Source: a virus (lineage: Duplodnaviria; Heunggongvirae; Uroviricota; Caudoviricetes). From it: a stretch of DNA of 64,000 nucleotides. The translations under genes and the position numbers were made by a program. Positions 1-9,129 of this stretch are shown in pieces. The stretch lies in IMG/VR virus record IMGVR_UViG_3300033463_000003; one strand, given 5' to 3'. Below the pieces are notes generated by a model that saw only the letters and a program-made list of their open reading frames with translations, did not search any database and was not told the DNA's origin. Each line of letters opens with the position of its first letter. Positions within the stretch are counted from its first letter, which is position 1.

Positions 1-35
1 ATCGTGAGAGCGTAGTTAATATAGTTTCTTTCACA

Positions 36-812
36 ATGGCTGATGTAGATTTTAATGCAAAGTCAAGAAGAGTTTTAAAAGTTATGGTTGAACTTGAGCC
101 TGGAAAAATTTCAACTCTTATCTTCAACCTTGCAGTTAATTCGGGCACATTAAAATTAAATGAAGATGACATGTGCAAATATAATTCTATCAAAGCTATT
201 GTTGATGAAGCTGAAACTGTTCACGAACAAGAAATTGAAGCTGCGAAGAAAGAAGCTGAAGAACTTAGTAAGCAAAAATTCTTAGAAGCAAAACAAAAAG
301 CTGAAGAACAGGCTGAACTTATCAAAGCAAAGTTAGAAGAAAAGAAATATCAGACTAAAGTTGCCAAGAGCTTAAAGAAGTTAGAGAACTTAAAGCCTGA
401 AGATACAGCAAAATTGTTTAATTGCCCAACAACTTATTATGAATGTTTAGGTTGGATGGCTAAACATACTACTTCAGTTAGGGCCGCAATGCCAGATTAC
501 ATGGAAAAGTGGTTCATTGGTAAATTCGGTGATGTAGATAGATATGTTGTTAATTCAAAAAAGAAAACTTCTGGTGGTTTCGACTATCAATGGGGTTTGG
601 GACTTAAGATTTCATTTGATGAAGCAGTTTCTGGTATCTTAGAGCAAAGAGCGACAAGTCAAAACAAGAAAGTTATTGATAATGTTGCCTTCGTCTGGGA
701 TTTAATTGAAAACTACGGATTCCAATTCGGTAAAACTCAAGATATTGAAAAGATTAGATTAGAAGTTCCAAAACAGTACGTTTCCGATTTTGAGAAAGGT
801 TTGGCGATGTAA
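36..812 (+). CDS. hypothetical protein (258 aa, Lys/Glu-rich coiled-coil N-half)
   Basis: Long ORF in an AT-rich context ending in TAA. No motif recognised. The start may lie upstream of the window because no clear RBS precedes it. Confidence 0.5.
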   Translation: MADVDFNAKSRRVLKVMVELEPGKISTLIFNLAVNSGTLKLNEDDMCKYNSIKAIVDEAETVHEQEIEAAKKEAEELSKQKFLEAKQKAEEQAELIKAKLEEKKYQTKVAKSLKKLENLKPEDTAKLFNCPTTYYECLGWMAKHTTSVRAAMPDYMEKWFIGKFGDVDRYVVNSKKKTSGGFDYQWGLGLKISFDEAVSGILEQRATSQNKKVIDNVAFVWDLIENYGFQFGKTQDIEKIRLEVPKQYVSDFEKGLAM

Positions 813-813
813 T

Positions 814-1227
814 ATGGAAGAAGAGAAAGTTCCAGAAATATTCGTTGAACTGGTAAAAAATGTAATGGAAGGTAAGTCAACTGAATTTGTATTAATTTCA
901 ACTAATGAGATTTATTCAATAACAAGGACCTTCATCAAAGCGACGAAGAAAGTTATCAAGATGTTCCAGAATTTAGTAGATGCAACAGGCTGGTCCTACT
1001 CAAACCAAATTCTGGAAGGTAAACAAGATTTAAAATTATTGCTTGCTCACCTCCAATATAGAAACTGCTTAGAGTTTTATGAAAGAGAACTCAAAACTGC
1101 GAAGTCGATGACCCAAGAATATAGAACATATGTAAGAAGTGGACATATTCTAAAAACATTACTTAATATTCCTCGTTCTGAAGAAGATATGGTTGATTAT
1201 CGTAAGCTTCCGTGGAGCTGGTTCTAA
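814..1227 (+). CDS. hypothetical protein (137 aa)
   Basis: The ATG at 814 immediately follows the TAA of the upstream gene, in frame with track ORF 790-1227. No motif recognised. Confidence 0.5.
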   Translation: MEEEKVPEIFVELVKNVMEGKSTEFVLISTNEIYSITRTFIKATKKVIKMFQNLVDATGWSYSNQILEGKQDLKLLLAHLQYRNCLEFYERELKTAKSMTQEYRTYVRSGHILKTLLNIPRSEEDMVDYRKLPWSWF

Positions 1228-1307
1228 ATTAGACCTTATGACAGATACTGCAATTCCTCCTGCGGTATCTTTTTTTAAAATGACCTGTTTTCGATTCCAA
1301 AATAATT

Positions 1308-1320
1308 AGCTAAATTTAAT
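1308..1320 (+). promoter_or_regulatory. Variant of the TGCTAAATTAT late-class motif (AGCTAAATTTAAT) upstream of the nrd operon, followed by a ~120-nt leader with a hairpin and U-run at 1387-1428
   Basis: Sequence similarity to the 11 TGCTAAATTA sites further downstream. The leader contains aataggtaaatttcaaaatattggattcctattttttt. Confidence 0.35.
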
Positions 1321-1442
1321 ACAGGCGAGGAAGTGGAAAGTTAGTTAGGAAAAATATCTTAGCTGACGAAAATAGGTAAATTTCAAAATATTGGATTCCT
1401 ATTTTTTTATTCACTAATTATTGATGAAAGGAAGAGAAATTT

Positions 1443-1655
1443 ATGATCACATTGTATAGTACTCATTGCCCAAAATGTAAAATTATCGAAATGAAGTTAG
1501 CACAGAAAAAAGTCGATTTCGAAATGGTCGACGACACTGATATTGTAGTAGAAGTGGGCAGAGCTAACCACATATTATCTGCACCGATCCTTAAAGTTGA
1601 TGAGAAGTTTTATGACTTTTCTGGTGCAGTGAAATTCATTAATGAGGTAAAGTAG
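1443..1655 (+). CDS. nrdH: NrdH-like glutaredoxin/thioredoxin-fold redoxin (70 aa)
   Basis: CPKC redox motif at residues 9-12. Small thioredoxin-fold size. Sits immediately upstream of nrdD and nrdG with 1-nt spacing. Confidence 0.6.
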   Translation: MITLYSTHCPKCKIIEMKLAQKKVDFEMVDDTDIVVEVGRANHILSAPILKVDEKFYDFSGAVKFINEVK

Positions 1656-1656
1656 T

Positions 1657-3603
1657 ATGCAAATAAATTTGAAACTTCAAAAAGACTTTGAGAGATCGTT
1701 AACCAATCTTGTAGATGAATTCGGTGAGGATTTCGAAATTCTGAATGGAATCCATGACTCACAGCTAAATTTTAGTGATTTTATTGATGCATTTGTTGAT
1801 AAGAATGTAGGTGATGTAACCATTGATGGTAATGCAAATGCTTCCCACAAGGACATAGCATCACTACTTGCAGAGAAGGGTAAGAGCATCGATAAGCTGA
1901 TCGCGATGAACAAGATCTTCTATGAACTAAAGAAGAAGTATGGGCTTTCCACTGCTAAAGAGTGGCTTAAGACAGAATATCTTGGCGGCTTTTACATGCA
2001 TGACTTTCCTTCAGCTAGCTTCAAGCCTTACTGTTATGCTTACGATCTTAGTAGACTTGCTAAAGAAGGTTTGTTCTTCTTGTCGAACTACAATAATGAG
2101 GGGCCAAAGCACTTAACCACTTTCCTCGACGATGTAATTGAATATATTTCATTTATGTCCAATAGAAGTTCAGGTGCAGTTGGTATTCCAAATATTTTAG
2201 TGTGAACTTTATATTTCTATAAGCACGATGTAGAAACTAACCACATTATCAAAGATAAGGATTACTATTTAAAACAGTGCTTTCAGAAATTTATCTACAG
2301 ACTTAACCAACCGTTCATGAGAGTTGACCAATCTGCTTTCGTTAATGTCAGTATTTTCGATAGAGAATATTATACAGCACTATTTGGTGATTTAATATTT
2401 CCTGATGGTAGCTTCGCGATCGACTACGTTGAAGAATTCCTCGATCACGAAAAGAAATTTATGGAAGTAGTTAGTGAAATTCGACAAGCTAATATGTTCA
2501 CATTTCCGGTACTAACATACAGTTTGCTCTATCAGAATGGTAAATTTGTAGATGAAGAGTTTGCAAGATGGTGTAGCGATCACAATTGTAAGTGGAATGA
2601 TTCTAACTTCTTTGTCGGTAAGGATGTTACTACATTATCCAACTGTTGTAGACTTCTTAGTGATACTTCAAAGCTGAAAGGTTTCTTCAACAGCATCGGT
2701 GGAACTGAATTAAGTATTGGATCGGTAAAAGTAAATACAGTGAATTTAGTTCATATGTTCTACGAGCTTGGCGATGAAATTTCAGAATCGAAATATTTAT
2801 CACTATTAAAGAAAAGAGTATTGCTCTGTTGCAAAGCTTTGGATACAGTTCGTCATATCATCAAGAGGAATACTGAAAAAGGTTTACTTCCAAATTACTG
2901 TGAAGGCGGAATGAGTTTAGACCACCAATATTGCACAGTTGGTATCTTAGGACTTTACGAAGTAATGGATAAATTCGGATACATTAAAACTAATGAGTTC
3001 GGTTTAAAATCTTACAGTGATGAAGGAATCGAATTCGCAGATAAGATCTTCAAGATCATCAATGAAGTTAAAGATAATTTCACTAATGAGAAAGACTACT
3101 CGATGAACATCGAATCAGTTCCTGCAGAAAGAGCTGCGGTGAACCTCTGTGCGAAAGACTCACTCCTCTTCAATGTACATGACTACCCAATGTACAGTAA
3201 CCAATGAATTCCACTAACTGCTAAATGTTCCATCAATGAGAAAATCCGACTCAGCTCGATCCTCGATGAAAAGTGTTCGGGCGGTGCGATCGCGCATATA
3301 AATTTGGAGTCGAATTTCCCAAATAGTGATATGGCCTGAGACATGCTCAATCACATCGCAGAGAAGGGTGTCTTCTACTTCGCATTTAATACTCGTATTA
3401 ATGTGTGCAAAAATGGACATGGCTTCGTCGGAACTGATATCTGTCCTGTATGCGGAGAGCCAGTTAGCGATACTTGACAAAGAATCGTCGGGTTCCTCAC
3501 CCCATCACATGCGTACAGTAAAGAAAGAAAAGTGGAATTTAGTGCTCGCGAATGGTACAACACCGGCGTCATTCATGGTGAAACATCTGTGATCAAGGAT
3601 TAA
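1657..3603 (+). CDS. nrdD: Anaerobic ribonucleoside-triphosphate reductase (class III RNR), about 648 aa, containing four in-frame TGA codons
   Basis: Track ORFs 1657-2205 and 2317-3207, plus the stretch to 3603, share one frame with no TAA or TAG between them. The C-terminus reads NTRINVCKNGHGFVGTDICPVCGEPVSDT-x-QRIVGFLTP, a Zn-ribbon followed by a glycyl-radical RxxGF/Y motif. A CCRL motif occurs mid-protein. TGA codons lie at 2203, 3205, 3328 and 3475. Confidence 0.85.
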
Positions 3604-3605
3604 GT

Positions 3606-4085
3606 ATGATCGTTAAAGATGTAATTCCAGTGGATTTCGTTAACTACAAGGAACCTGCTATGTATGTAGCATTCCCTTACTGTTCATTTAAATGCGATAA
3701 AGAGAATGGTTGTCAACTATGTCATAACTCACAGCTGGTCAGATCTCCCAACATCGAAGTATCTGCGGAAAGATTAGTGGAAATTTATGCCGATGATGCA
3801 AAGCCGATCGCAAATGCATTGGTCTGCTGTGGTCTGGAACCATTGGATAGCTTCCCTGATCTGTTAGACCTAATAGTGGAATTTCGTCACAGCTACGATG
3901 ATCCGGTAATTGTGTACACCGGTTATACCGAAACAGAAGCTGCTACGTATATAGAAGCTCTACAGAAGTTTCCAAATATTATAGTGAAATTCGGAAGGTT
4001 CCGCCCCAACCAACCACATCATGTGGATGAACTGTTGGGAATCGAGTTAGTAAATCCTGAACAATATTCCAAAAAAATATCTTAA
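3606..4085 (+). CDS. nrdG: Anaerobic RNR activating enzyme (radical SAM), 159 aa
   Basis: Cys cluster CSFKCDKENGCQLCHN near the N-terminus. Small phage-type NrdG size. Lies directly downstream of nrdD. Confidence 0.75.
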   Translation: MIVKDVIPVDFVNYKEPAMYVAFPYCSFKCDKENGCQLCHNSQLVRSPNIEVSAERLVEIYADDAKPIANALVCCGLEPLDSFPDLLDLIVEFRHSYDDPVIVYTGYTETEAATYIEALQKFPNIIVKFGRFRPNQPHHVDELLGIELVNPEQYSKKIS

Positions 4086-4120
4086 AAGCCGTTTACAAAA
4101 GCGGCTTTTTTTGTTATAAT
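4085..4120 (+). promoter_or_regulatory. Terminator hairpin (aagccg/cggctt plus U-run) with a TTTACA -35 in its loop, followed 17 nt later by TGTTATAAT
   Basis: aaagccgTTTACAaaagcggctttttttgTTATAAT. This is the first copy of the early terminator-promoter module. Confidence 0.6.
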
Positions 4121-4154
4121 ATATATAGAGAATAAATAATGGGAGGAATTACTA

Positions 4155-4403
4155 ATGAAATTATTTATTATCACAACAGCATCATTAGATGACGACGGAA
4201 ACTTCTACAGCGAGGTTCATAAAGTTTGTAAGACAGAACAAGAAGCTATCGATGAAGTAAGAAGATATCACGAACAAGTATTAACTTACTTCGATAATCC
4301 AGACAGCGACTATGATGATGGAGATAAGGGCTTCGATGTCTGTGAAGAGGATGATATTGGTATTAGACAATACTGCCAAATCAATACTGTCGAAATAAAT
4401 TAA
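4155..4403 (+). CDS. hypothetical acidic protein (82 aa)
   Basis: ORF with a GGAGG RBS, under an early promoter. Confidence 0.55.
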   Translation: MKLFIITTASLDDDGNFYSEVHKVCKTEQEAIDEVRRYHEQVLTYFDNPDSDYDDGDKGFDVCEEDDIGIRQYCQINTVEIN

Positions 4404-4406
4404 ATT

Positions 4407-4440
4407 AGGGGTTTACAAACCTCTTTTTTTGTGGTATAAT
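4407..4440 (+). promoter_or_regulatory. Early terminator-promoter module (aggggTTTACAaacctct hairpin, then TGGTATAAT)
   Basis: Hairpin followed by U-run, with a -35 in the loop and an extended -10. Confidence 0.55.
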
Positions 4441-4462
4441 ATAATTATAAGGAGGACAGTAT

Positions 4463-4927
4463 ATGTCTACAAGATCAAGAATTGGAATTAGAAATCAAAA
4501 TGGAAGTATTACTTCTATTTATTGTCATCACGATGGTTATCCAGACGGAGTTGGTGAAGTTTTATTAAATAATTATAAGACAGAAGAAAAGATTAGACAA
4601 TTATTATCATTAGGAGATTTAAGTTCTATTGGAACTGAACCTATTGACAATCCAAGAGCGTGGGAAAGACCAAAGCTAACAGGAAATATAGGCGATTGGG
4701 CAAAACAGTGGGCAGAAATTAACCCTGATAATATGTGTAACTCATATAGAAGTCGTGGTGAAGATGTGCCAGCAAGAACTAATAGAAATATAAATGGTTT
4801 TCTCAAACTTTCTAAAGATTGTTGGGCAGAATATGTTTATTTATTTGAAAAAGACGGAACTTGGAAAGTTTTAGAATATGGCGGGGAAGATTTTAGACCA
4901 CTTGCGGAGGTTTTAGCAAATGATTAA
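4463..4927 (+). CDS. hypothetical protein, paralog family A (154 aa)
   Basis: N-terminal 70 aa are nearly identical to ORF 13000-13443 (MSTRsRIGIkN...SIYCHHDGYPD). Confidence 0.6.
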   Translation: MSTRSRIGIRNQNGSITSIYCHHDGYPDGVGEVLLNNYKTEEKIRQLLSLGDLSSIGTEPIDNPRAWERPKLTGNIGDWAKQWAEINPDNMCNSYRSRGEDVPARTNRNINGFLKLSKDCWAEYVYLFEKDGTWKVLEYGGEDFRPLAEVLAND

Positions 4928-5076
4928 ATTAGAACTTACAAAAGAAGAAGCCGAAATGTTAGAAAGCTATTTATTCCGAAAACAAGTTAATTTGGAAAAT
5001 AGTAATTTAACCGACTCTAAATGTTACCCGCTTATTTGTAGTATTAGAAAAAAATTAAAAAATAATTAAAAATATA

Positions 5077-5106
5077 TTTACTTTTTATATTAAATATGTT
5101 ATAATA
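5077..5106 (+). promoter_or_regulatory. Early promoter (TTTACT, 17-nt spacer, TGTTATAAT)
   Basis: Match to the early consensus. Confidence 0.5.
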
Positions 5107-5131
5107 ATAATGTAAGTGAGGAGGAAATGTT

Positions 5132-5461
5132 ATGGCAAAAACTTACACAACTTGTATTGGAATGAGAGGCGGAGCAACACGTCGTGGTGGATGTGATGGC
5201 TGTAGAGCTTCAGTCCAAGCTTATGACGGTTCTGTTATTATAGAGAACTGGTATGACAATGAGACATTAAAAGTCAGAGTTTGTTTAGACGAAGGTTCAT
5301 CTTGTTATGGTGATACAGTTTTCACCGGAACTTTTGAAGAGTTCAAAGAAGCAATGCAACTTTTGAAAGACATTAAAGAAAAGAAAGTTTCAGTTACTAG
5401 ACATCGCGAGAAATCTAATAAAATGAAACAATTAGAAAAAATGTTCGGAGGCGCAAACTAA
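5132..5461 (+). CDS. hypothetical protein, paralog family B (109 aa)
   Basis: Paralog of 8350-8682. Shared motifs are GATRRGG and a C-terminal VTVHREKSNKMKQLE. Confidence 0.6.
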   Translation: MAKTYTTCIGMRGGATRRGGCDGCRASVQAYDGSVIIENWYDNETLKVRVCLDEGSSCYGDTVFTGTFEEFKEAMQLLKDIKEKKVSVTRHREKSNKMKQLEKMFGGAN

Positions 5462-5697
5462 TGGAACAAATGACTGTTGGAATGCTTGTTAAATTATTAA
5501 CTCAAGCTTGCTATGCTGATCCAAAAGTTGCCTACAAAAAAATTATTGTAGCAGATGATGAAGAGGGTAATTCATATCACGGAATGTACTATCATCCAAC
5601 AACTGATGCTAAAGACGTTAAAGAAAACCTTGAGTTCAGTAATGGTGTGTATGATACTGATACAGAAAACCCTGATGAGCTTGTAATTCTTGGTTAA
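5461..5697 (+). CDS. hypothetical protein, paralog family C (78 aa)
   Basis: Paralog of 14361-14564 (DDEEGNxYH...YH...E.PxExxILG). The ATGA stop/start overlaps the upstream gene. Confidence 0.55.
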   Translation: MEQMTVGMLVKLLTQACYADPKVAYKKIIVADDEEGNSYHGMYYHPTTDAKDVKENLEFSNGVYDTDTENPDELVILG

Positions 5698-5710
5698 AAA
5701 ATAATTAAAA

Positions 5711-5746
5711 AAGCTGTTTACAACAACAGCTTTTTATGTTATAATA
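5711..5746 (+). promoter_or_regulatory. Early terminator-promoter module (aagctgTTTACAacaacagcttttt, then TGTTATAAT)
   Basis: Hairpin with a -35 in the loop. Confidence 0.55.
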
Positions 5747-5768
5747 TAATAAAGAGAGGTAAAAAGAA

Positions 5769-5996
5769 ATGAATAAAGAATTAGCAGTAAATAAATTCGT
5801 CGATATGATTCAAGCTTCTTGGACTTGGAAAAGATTAACAATGGACGAAAAGAAAAGATTTATGAAGCTTTTAGATTTAGCTATTGAAAGACGTGAAATT
5901 CAAGGAACTTACGAACAAAGATTTTCTACTTTGCATTTAATGTATGACGCATTTTTGCAAGGTTGTCAATATGAACCTATGGGTTGGAGGGAATAA
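5769..5996 (+). CDS. hypothetical protein (75 aa)
   Basis: ORF with RBS. Confidence 0.5.
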   Translation: MNKELAVNKFVDMIQASWTWKRLTMDEKKRFMKLLDLAIERREIQGTYEQRFSTLHLMYDAFLQGCQYEPMGWRE

Positions 5997-5997
5997 T

Positions 5998-6216
5998 ATG
6001 AAGAAAGTAATTAACAAAAGAATCACAGCAAAGATGGTTAAGGTTGGAGCACTTACTCGCGGCGACTATATTTTAACAAAGAATTATTTAGTCGTCCCTG
6101 CTAAGGATTCTTGGAAAGCTCACGAATGGTTAGAGGCTCACGAGTACCCTACTAATGGACAAAATTTAGTTCATAATGGTGAGTTTCAAGTTTCTGTTAT
6201 TTATATAAATAGATAA
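5998..6216 (+). CDS. hypothetical protein (72 aa)
   Basis: ATG at 5998 preceded by ggttggaggg. In frame with track ORF 5944-6216. Confidence 0.5.
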   Translation: MKKVINKRITAKMVKVGALTRGDYILTKNYLVVPAKDSWKAHEWLEAHEYPTNGQNLVHNGEFQVSVIYINR

Positions 6217-6224
6217 AAAACTAT

Positions 6225-6252
6225 TTACTTTTCTTTTTATATGTGTTATAAT
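6225..6252 (+). promoter_or_regulatory. Early promoter (TTTACT, spacer, TGTGTTATAAT)
   Basis: Consensus match. Confidence 0.5.
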
Positions 6253-6280
6253 ATAATTAAGAAAAGAGAGGTAAAACAAA

Positions 6281-6517
6281 ATGACAGTTTATATTGTTAT
6301 TACAAATGACGACTGTGAAGTTAATGGCGAAGTTGAGGGCGTTTTTTCTACATACGAAAAAGCAAGAGAATGCTTTGAAGCCATTAAAGCAGATTGGCAA
6401 CATTGGGTTTACGGCTGTGAATATATTGATACAGAAGAAGATGACTACTACTGTGTCACTAATGAAGATGTTGGCGAATTCTGTGAAGTCAAACTTGAAG
6501 CTCACGACATTAAATAA
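6281..6517 (+). CDS. hypothetical acidic protein (78 aa)
   Basis: ORF with RBS (agagagg). Confidence 0.5.
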   Translation: MTVYIVITNDDCEVNGEVEGVFSTYEKARECFEAIKADWQHWVYGCEYIDTEEDDYYCVTNEDVGEFCEVKLEAHDIK

Positions 6518-6530
6518 AAAAGTTAAAATA

Positions 6531-6564
6531 AGGGGTTTACAAAAACCCCTTTTTATGTTATAAT
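6531..6564 (+). promoter_or_regulatory. Early terminator-promoter module (aggggTTTACAaaaacccctttt, then TGTTATAAT)
   Basis: Hairpin with a -35 in the loop. Confidence 0.55.
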
Positions 6565-6591
6565 TATTATATAAGAAAGAGGTAAAATTTT

Positions 6592-6840
6592 ATGACAAAT
6601 TATACACATATTAACGATTGTTGGGAAGCAATTAGAAAAGCAAAAACTATTGAAGAAGTAGAATCACTTTTTAATACTTTTCCAAGATGGTCTGGAAACT
6701 GGTTTGTTCAAATTGAAGAAAATTCATTTTATGAAAAAGTTTATGTTGTCTATAATACTTATTGGGACAATAATTTAGATCAAGAGGAAACTGAATGTGA
6801 AACTCTTGAAATTGAAGTGCCAGATTTTGAAGAAGAATAA
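6592..6840 (+). CDS. hypothetical protein (82 aa)
   Basis: ORF with RBS. Confidence 0.5.
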   Translation: MTNYTHINDCWEAIRKAKTIEEVESLFNTFPRWSGNWFVQIEENSFYEKVYVVYNTYWDNNLDQEETECETLEIEVPDFEEE

Positions 6841-6848
6841 AAGAAACT

Positions 6849-6878
6849 ATTTACAAATATCATAAAATATGATATAAT
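6849..6878 (+). promoter_or_regulatory. Early promoter (TTTACA, then TGATATAAT)
   Basis: Consensus match. Confidence 0.45.
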
Positions 6879-6910
6879 TATAATAGAGAAAAGATAATAG
6901 GAGGAAAATT

Positions 6911-7240
6911 ATGAAAAAGTACTTAATTCATTTTATGAGCATTGATATGCCATCAGTTGAAGACGATGGTTTGAGTGATGGTTCAAATTTCGGTATTTAT
7001 GAAAAAGTGTTTAACACAAGAGAAGAAGCCGAAAAAGGTTTAGAAGAACTTATGTTAAATGACAAAGCAGAATTAGAAGAATGCTATGGGTTCAATGAAG
7101 AGGAAGAAGATTGGGAACCTACCGTTTATATTGACATTGAAAATGGTAGATATGACCGTAAAGAATTAGTTGTTTATGATAAGTTTGACGCAACTGAAAT
7201 TAACACAACTATTTATGAAATCGTGGAGGTTGAGTTTTAA
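6911..7240 (+). CDS. hypothetical acidic protein (109 aa)
   Basis: ORF with an AGGAGG RBS. Confidence 0.5.
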   Translation: MKKYLIHFMSIDMPSVEDDGLSDGSNFGIYEKVFNTREEAEKGLEELMLNDKAELEECYGFNEEEEDWEPTVYIDIENGRYDRKELVVYDKFDATEINTTIYEIVEVEF

Positions 7241-7512
7241 TGTTTGAAGCAAATACAGAACAATTAGAATTCATCAACAAAAGATATAACGATATTAAAG
7301 AAGATATTTATATCGGAACTGACTACGTTGGCGAGGGAACTGAAATTGTAGACTTCTCTATTGATGACAATGGTAGAGTTACAATGAGTGTTACAGAGTA
7401 TTACTTAAATAATCAGTATGCTATGAGGGAAAGATACCACGAAAGACACCCAAGATTTAAGCCAACAGAGCTTGATTACTTACTTGGAAAGGTAGATACT
7501 CTAAATGCCTAA
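7240..7512 (+). CDS. hypothetical protein (90 aa)
   Basis: ORF whose start overlaps the upstream stop (TAATG). Confidence 0.5.
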   Translation: MFEANTEQLEFINKRYNDIKEDIYIGTDYVGEGTEIVDFSIDDNGRVTMSVTEYYLNNQYAMRERYHERHPRFKPTELDYLLGKVDTLNA

Positions 7513-7649
7513 TGAATTTGTAGAACTTCACAAAGATATTGGGTTAGCATACTTTGTAGATAAGAAAACAAAACAAATAACCTATGTAATGGATATTAAG
7601 AAATTAAATCTTGATAAAGTTAAAGCAGATGGTTTGGAGGTAAAAGTTT

Positions 7650-7868
7650 ATGAGCATTAAATTAAATGAAGTCGCATCAAGCACAATTAAAGCAGTTGGA
7701 TACGACTATGAACATAAGGACCTACACGTTCACTTTGTAAATGGTGGGGAATACTTATATGAAAATGTACCAGCCGAAGTTTATGCAAAACTATTGGAAG
7801 CAGACAGCAAAGGTAGATTCTTGCACGCTGAGGTAATTGGAAAATATAACTACGCAAAATTGAAATAG
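7650..7868 (+). CDS. KTSC-domain protein (72 aa)
   Basis: The pattern I.AVGYD.E...L.V.F.NGG.Y.Y.NVP..VY..L..A.SKGRF matches the KTSC (lysyl-tRNA-synthetase C-terminal-like) domain common in phages. Confidence 0.6.
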   Translation: MSIKLNEVASSTIKAVGYDYEHKDLHVHFVNGGEYLYENVPAEVYAKLLEADSKGRFLHAEVIGKYNYAKLK

Positions 7869-7888
7869 TCATATAATCCTCCTTATAA

Positions 7889-7915
7889 AAGTCCAGGCAT
7901 AAAGCCTGGCTTTTT
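7889..7915 (+). terminator. Rho-independent terminator (aagtccaggc ataa agcctggc tttttc)
   Basis: GC-rich 8-bp stem followed by a U-run. Confidence 0.6.
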
Positions 7916-7964
7916 CTTTTACAATTTTTTATACGAACGGTTCTGCGATCAGAATTTTGAAGTT

Positions 7965-7990
7965 AAATTTCACTGAGTTAGTGAAAAATA
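7965..7990. repeat. Palindromic motif AAATTTCACTgagttAGTGAAA (copy 1)
   Basis: Inverted repeat TCACT/AGTGA flanked by AAATTT. A family with at least 8 members, all in non-coding islands. Confidence 0.6.
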
Positions 7991-8090
7991 CTATAAATTT
8001 ACCCGTGACCGGTAAAAATTCGGATCGAGTAACGGTCACAGTAATGGTTACAGTAACTGTCACGGTTACAGATCATAGCTGTAGCCGTAG
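7990..8090. repeat. GC-rich non-coding segment carrying an inverted repeat GTGACCG...CGGTCAC and tandem GGT(C/T)ACAGTAA / TGTCACGGTTACAG repeats
   Basis: cccGTGACCGgtaaaaattcggatcgagtaaCGGTCACAGTAAtGGTTACAGTAActGTCACGGTTACAG. GTCACAG-like words recur at 13501 and 13640. Confidence 0.5.
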
Positions 8091-8091
8091 T

Positions 8092-8119
8092 AAATTTCAC
8101 TAGAATAGTGTAAAATTTA
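8092..8119. repeat. Palindromic motif AAATTTCACTagaatAGTGtAAAATTT (copy 2)
   Basis: Same family. Lies about 125 bp from copy 1. Confidence 0.55.
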
Positions 8120-8174
8120 TCTGGATCACAGACCGTACAAGAAGTCTATCTTCTAAAAATTATTAAATTAATAG

Positions 8175-8203
8175 TTTACAAATTTATTAAAAGATGTTAT
8201 AAT
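8175..8203 (+). promoter_or_regulatory. Early promoter (TTTACA, 14-nt spacer, TGTTATAAT)
   Basis: Consensus match. A second copy at 8260-8288 lies directly upstream of 8350. Confidence 0.5.
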
Positions 8204-8349
8204 ATTAATAGAGGAAAAGAATTAAATATAAAATTGTTAAAAAAATAATTTAAAAACTATTTACAATTAATTAAATTCGTGTTATAATATTAATGTAAGA
8301 AAGAGTGAACGAACAACACTCTATAATAAAACAGAAAGGAAAAAGGAAG

Positions 8350-8682
8350 ATGTCAAAATTCTATGGAATGGTTGTTGGCAATAGAGGCGCAGCAACACGT
8401 GGGGGAAGTGCTAACTCCGGATTCAAAGCAACAGCACAAAGTTGGGATGGCTCAGTCATCACAAGATTAGATTATGATAATGATAATAACCTCATTGTCA
8501 CAATTGAAATGGAAGAAGGCTCAAGAACTTACGGAGACGTAATGTTTAGAGGAACCTATGAAGAACTTAAAGAAGTTTTTGAAACTGCAAAGCTCATTAA
8601 AGAAAAAAGAGCAAGCGTTACAGTTCATCGTGAAAAATCAAATAAGATGAAACAGCTTGAAAGATGGGGATGGATTAAATAA
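8350..8682 (+). CDS. hypothetical protein, paralog family B (110 aa)
   Basis: Paralog of 5132-5461. ATG at 8350 follows aaaggaag. Confidence 0.6.
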   Translation: MSKFYGMVVGNRGAATRGGSANSGFKATAQSWDGSVITRLDYDNDNNLIVTIEMEEGSRTYGDVMFRGTYEELKEVFETAKLIKEKRASVTVHREKSNKMKQLERWGWIK

Positions 8683-8858
8683 TGAGTAGAACAGTTTATA
8701 TTGTTGTAAAAGATGGTATGATTGTAGATGCTTACGCCGACCATCTTACAGACCTTGTTATTCTTGACCTTGATACTAACTCAGAGGAAGAAGAAAAGAT
8801 CGTTCAAGCTGAGTTAAAGAAAATTCAAGAAAGCAACGATTGCATTGAAATTTATTAG
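8682..8858 (+). CDS. hypothetical small protein (58 aa)
   Basis: Start overlaps the upstream stop (TAATG). Below the ORF-track size cutoff. Open frame ends in TAG. Confidence 0.4.
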   Translation: MSRTVYIVVKDGMIVDAYADHLTDLVILDLDTNSEEEEKIVQAELKKIQESNDCIEIY

Positions 8859-8867
8859 GAGGCAAGT

Positions 8868-9056
8868 ATGGCTATAGTTATTATACTGATAATTGCATTC
8901 TGGTTCTTACCATTACCACTTGCATTACAAATTCTAATGACAGTCTTTGGCAGCTTACATTGCATATTCGCAATAATAAAAGCGTGTGTAAAAGCTTATA
9001 ATAAAACACATGCGCCAAAGAAAACTGGAATTTCAACATTAGATAGATTTCTTTAA
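8868..9056 (+). CDS. small membrane protein (62 aa)
   Basis: Hydrophobic N-terminal half (IVIILIIAFWFLPLPLALQILMTVFGSL). AGGAGG RBS. Confidence 0.5.
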   Translation: MAIVIILIIAFWFLPLPLALQILMTVFGSLHCIFAIIKACVKAYNKTHAPKKTGISTLDRFL

Positions 9057-9074
9057 AAAAATTATAAAAACCTA

Positions 9075-9102
9075 TTTACAAAGTAGGTTTTTTATGTTAT
9101 AA
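9075..9102 (+). promoter_or_regulatory. Early terminator-promoter module (cctatTTTACAaagtaggtttttt, then TGTTATAAT)
   Basis: Hairpin with a -35 in the loop. Confidence 0.55.
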
Positions 9103-9129
9103 TATTATTAGAAAAGAGGTAAGAAACTT

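Noticed and set aside
790-1227. Track start 790 for ORF 790-1227 (MRKVWRCNMEEEK...)
   Set aside because: It would overlap the upstream gene by 23 nt. The ATG at 814 directly follows the upstream TAA. The shorter gene is preferred, although the 790 start cannot be excluded.
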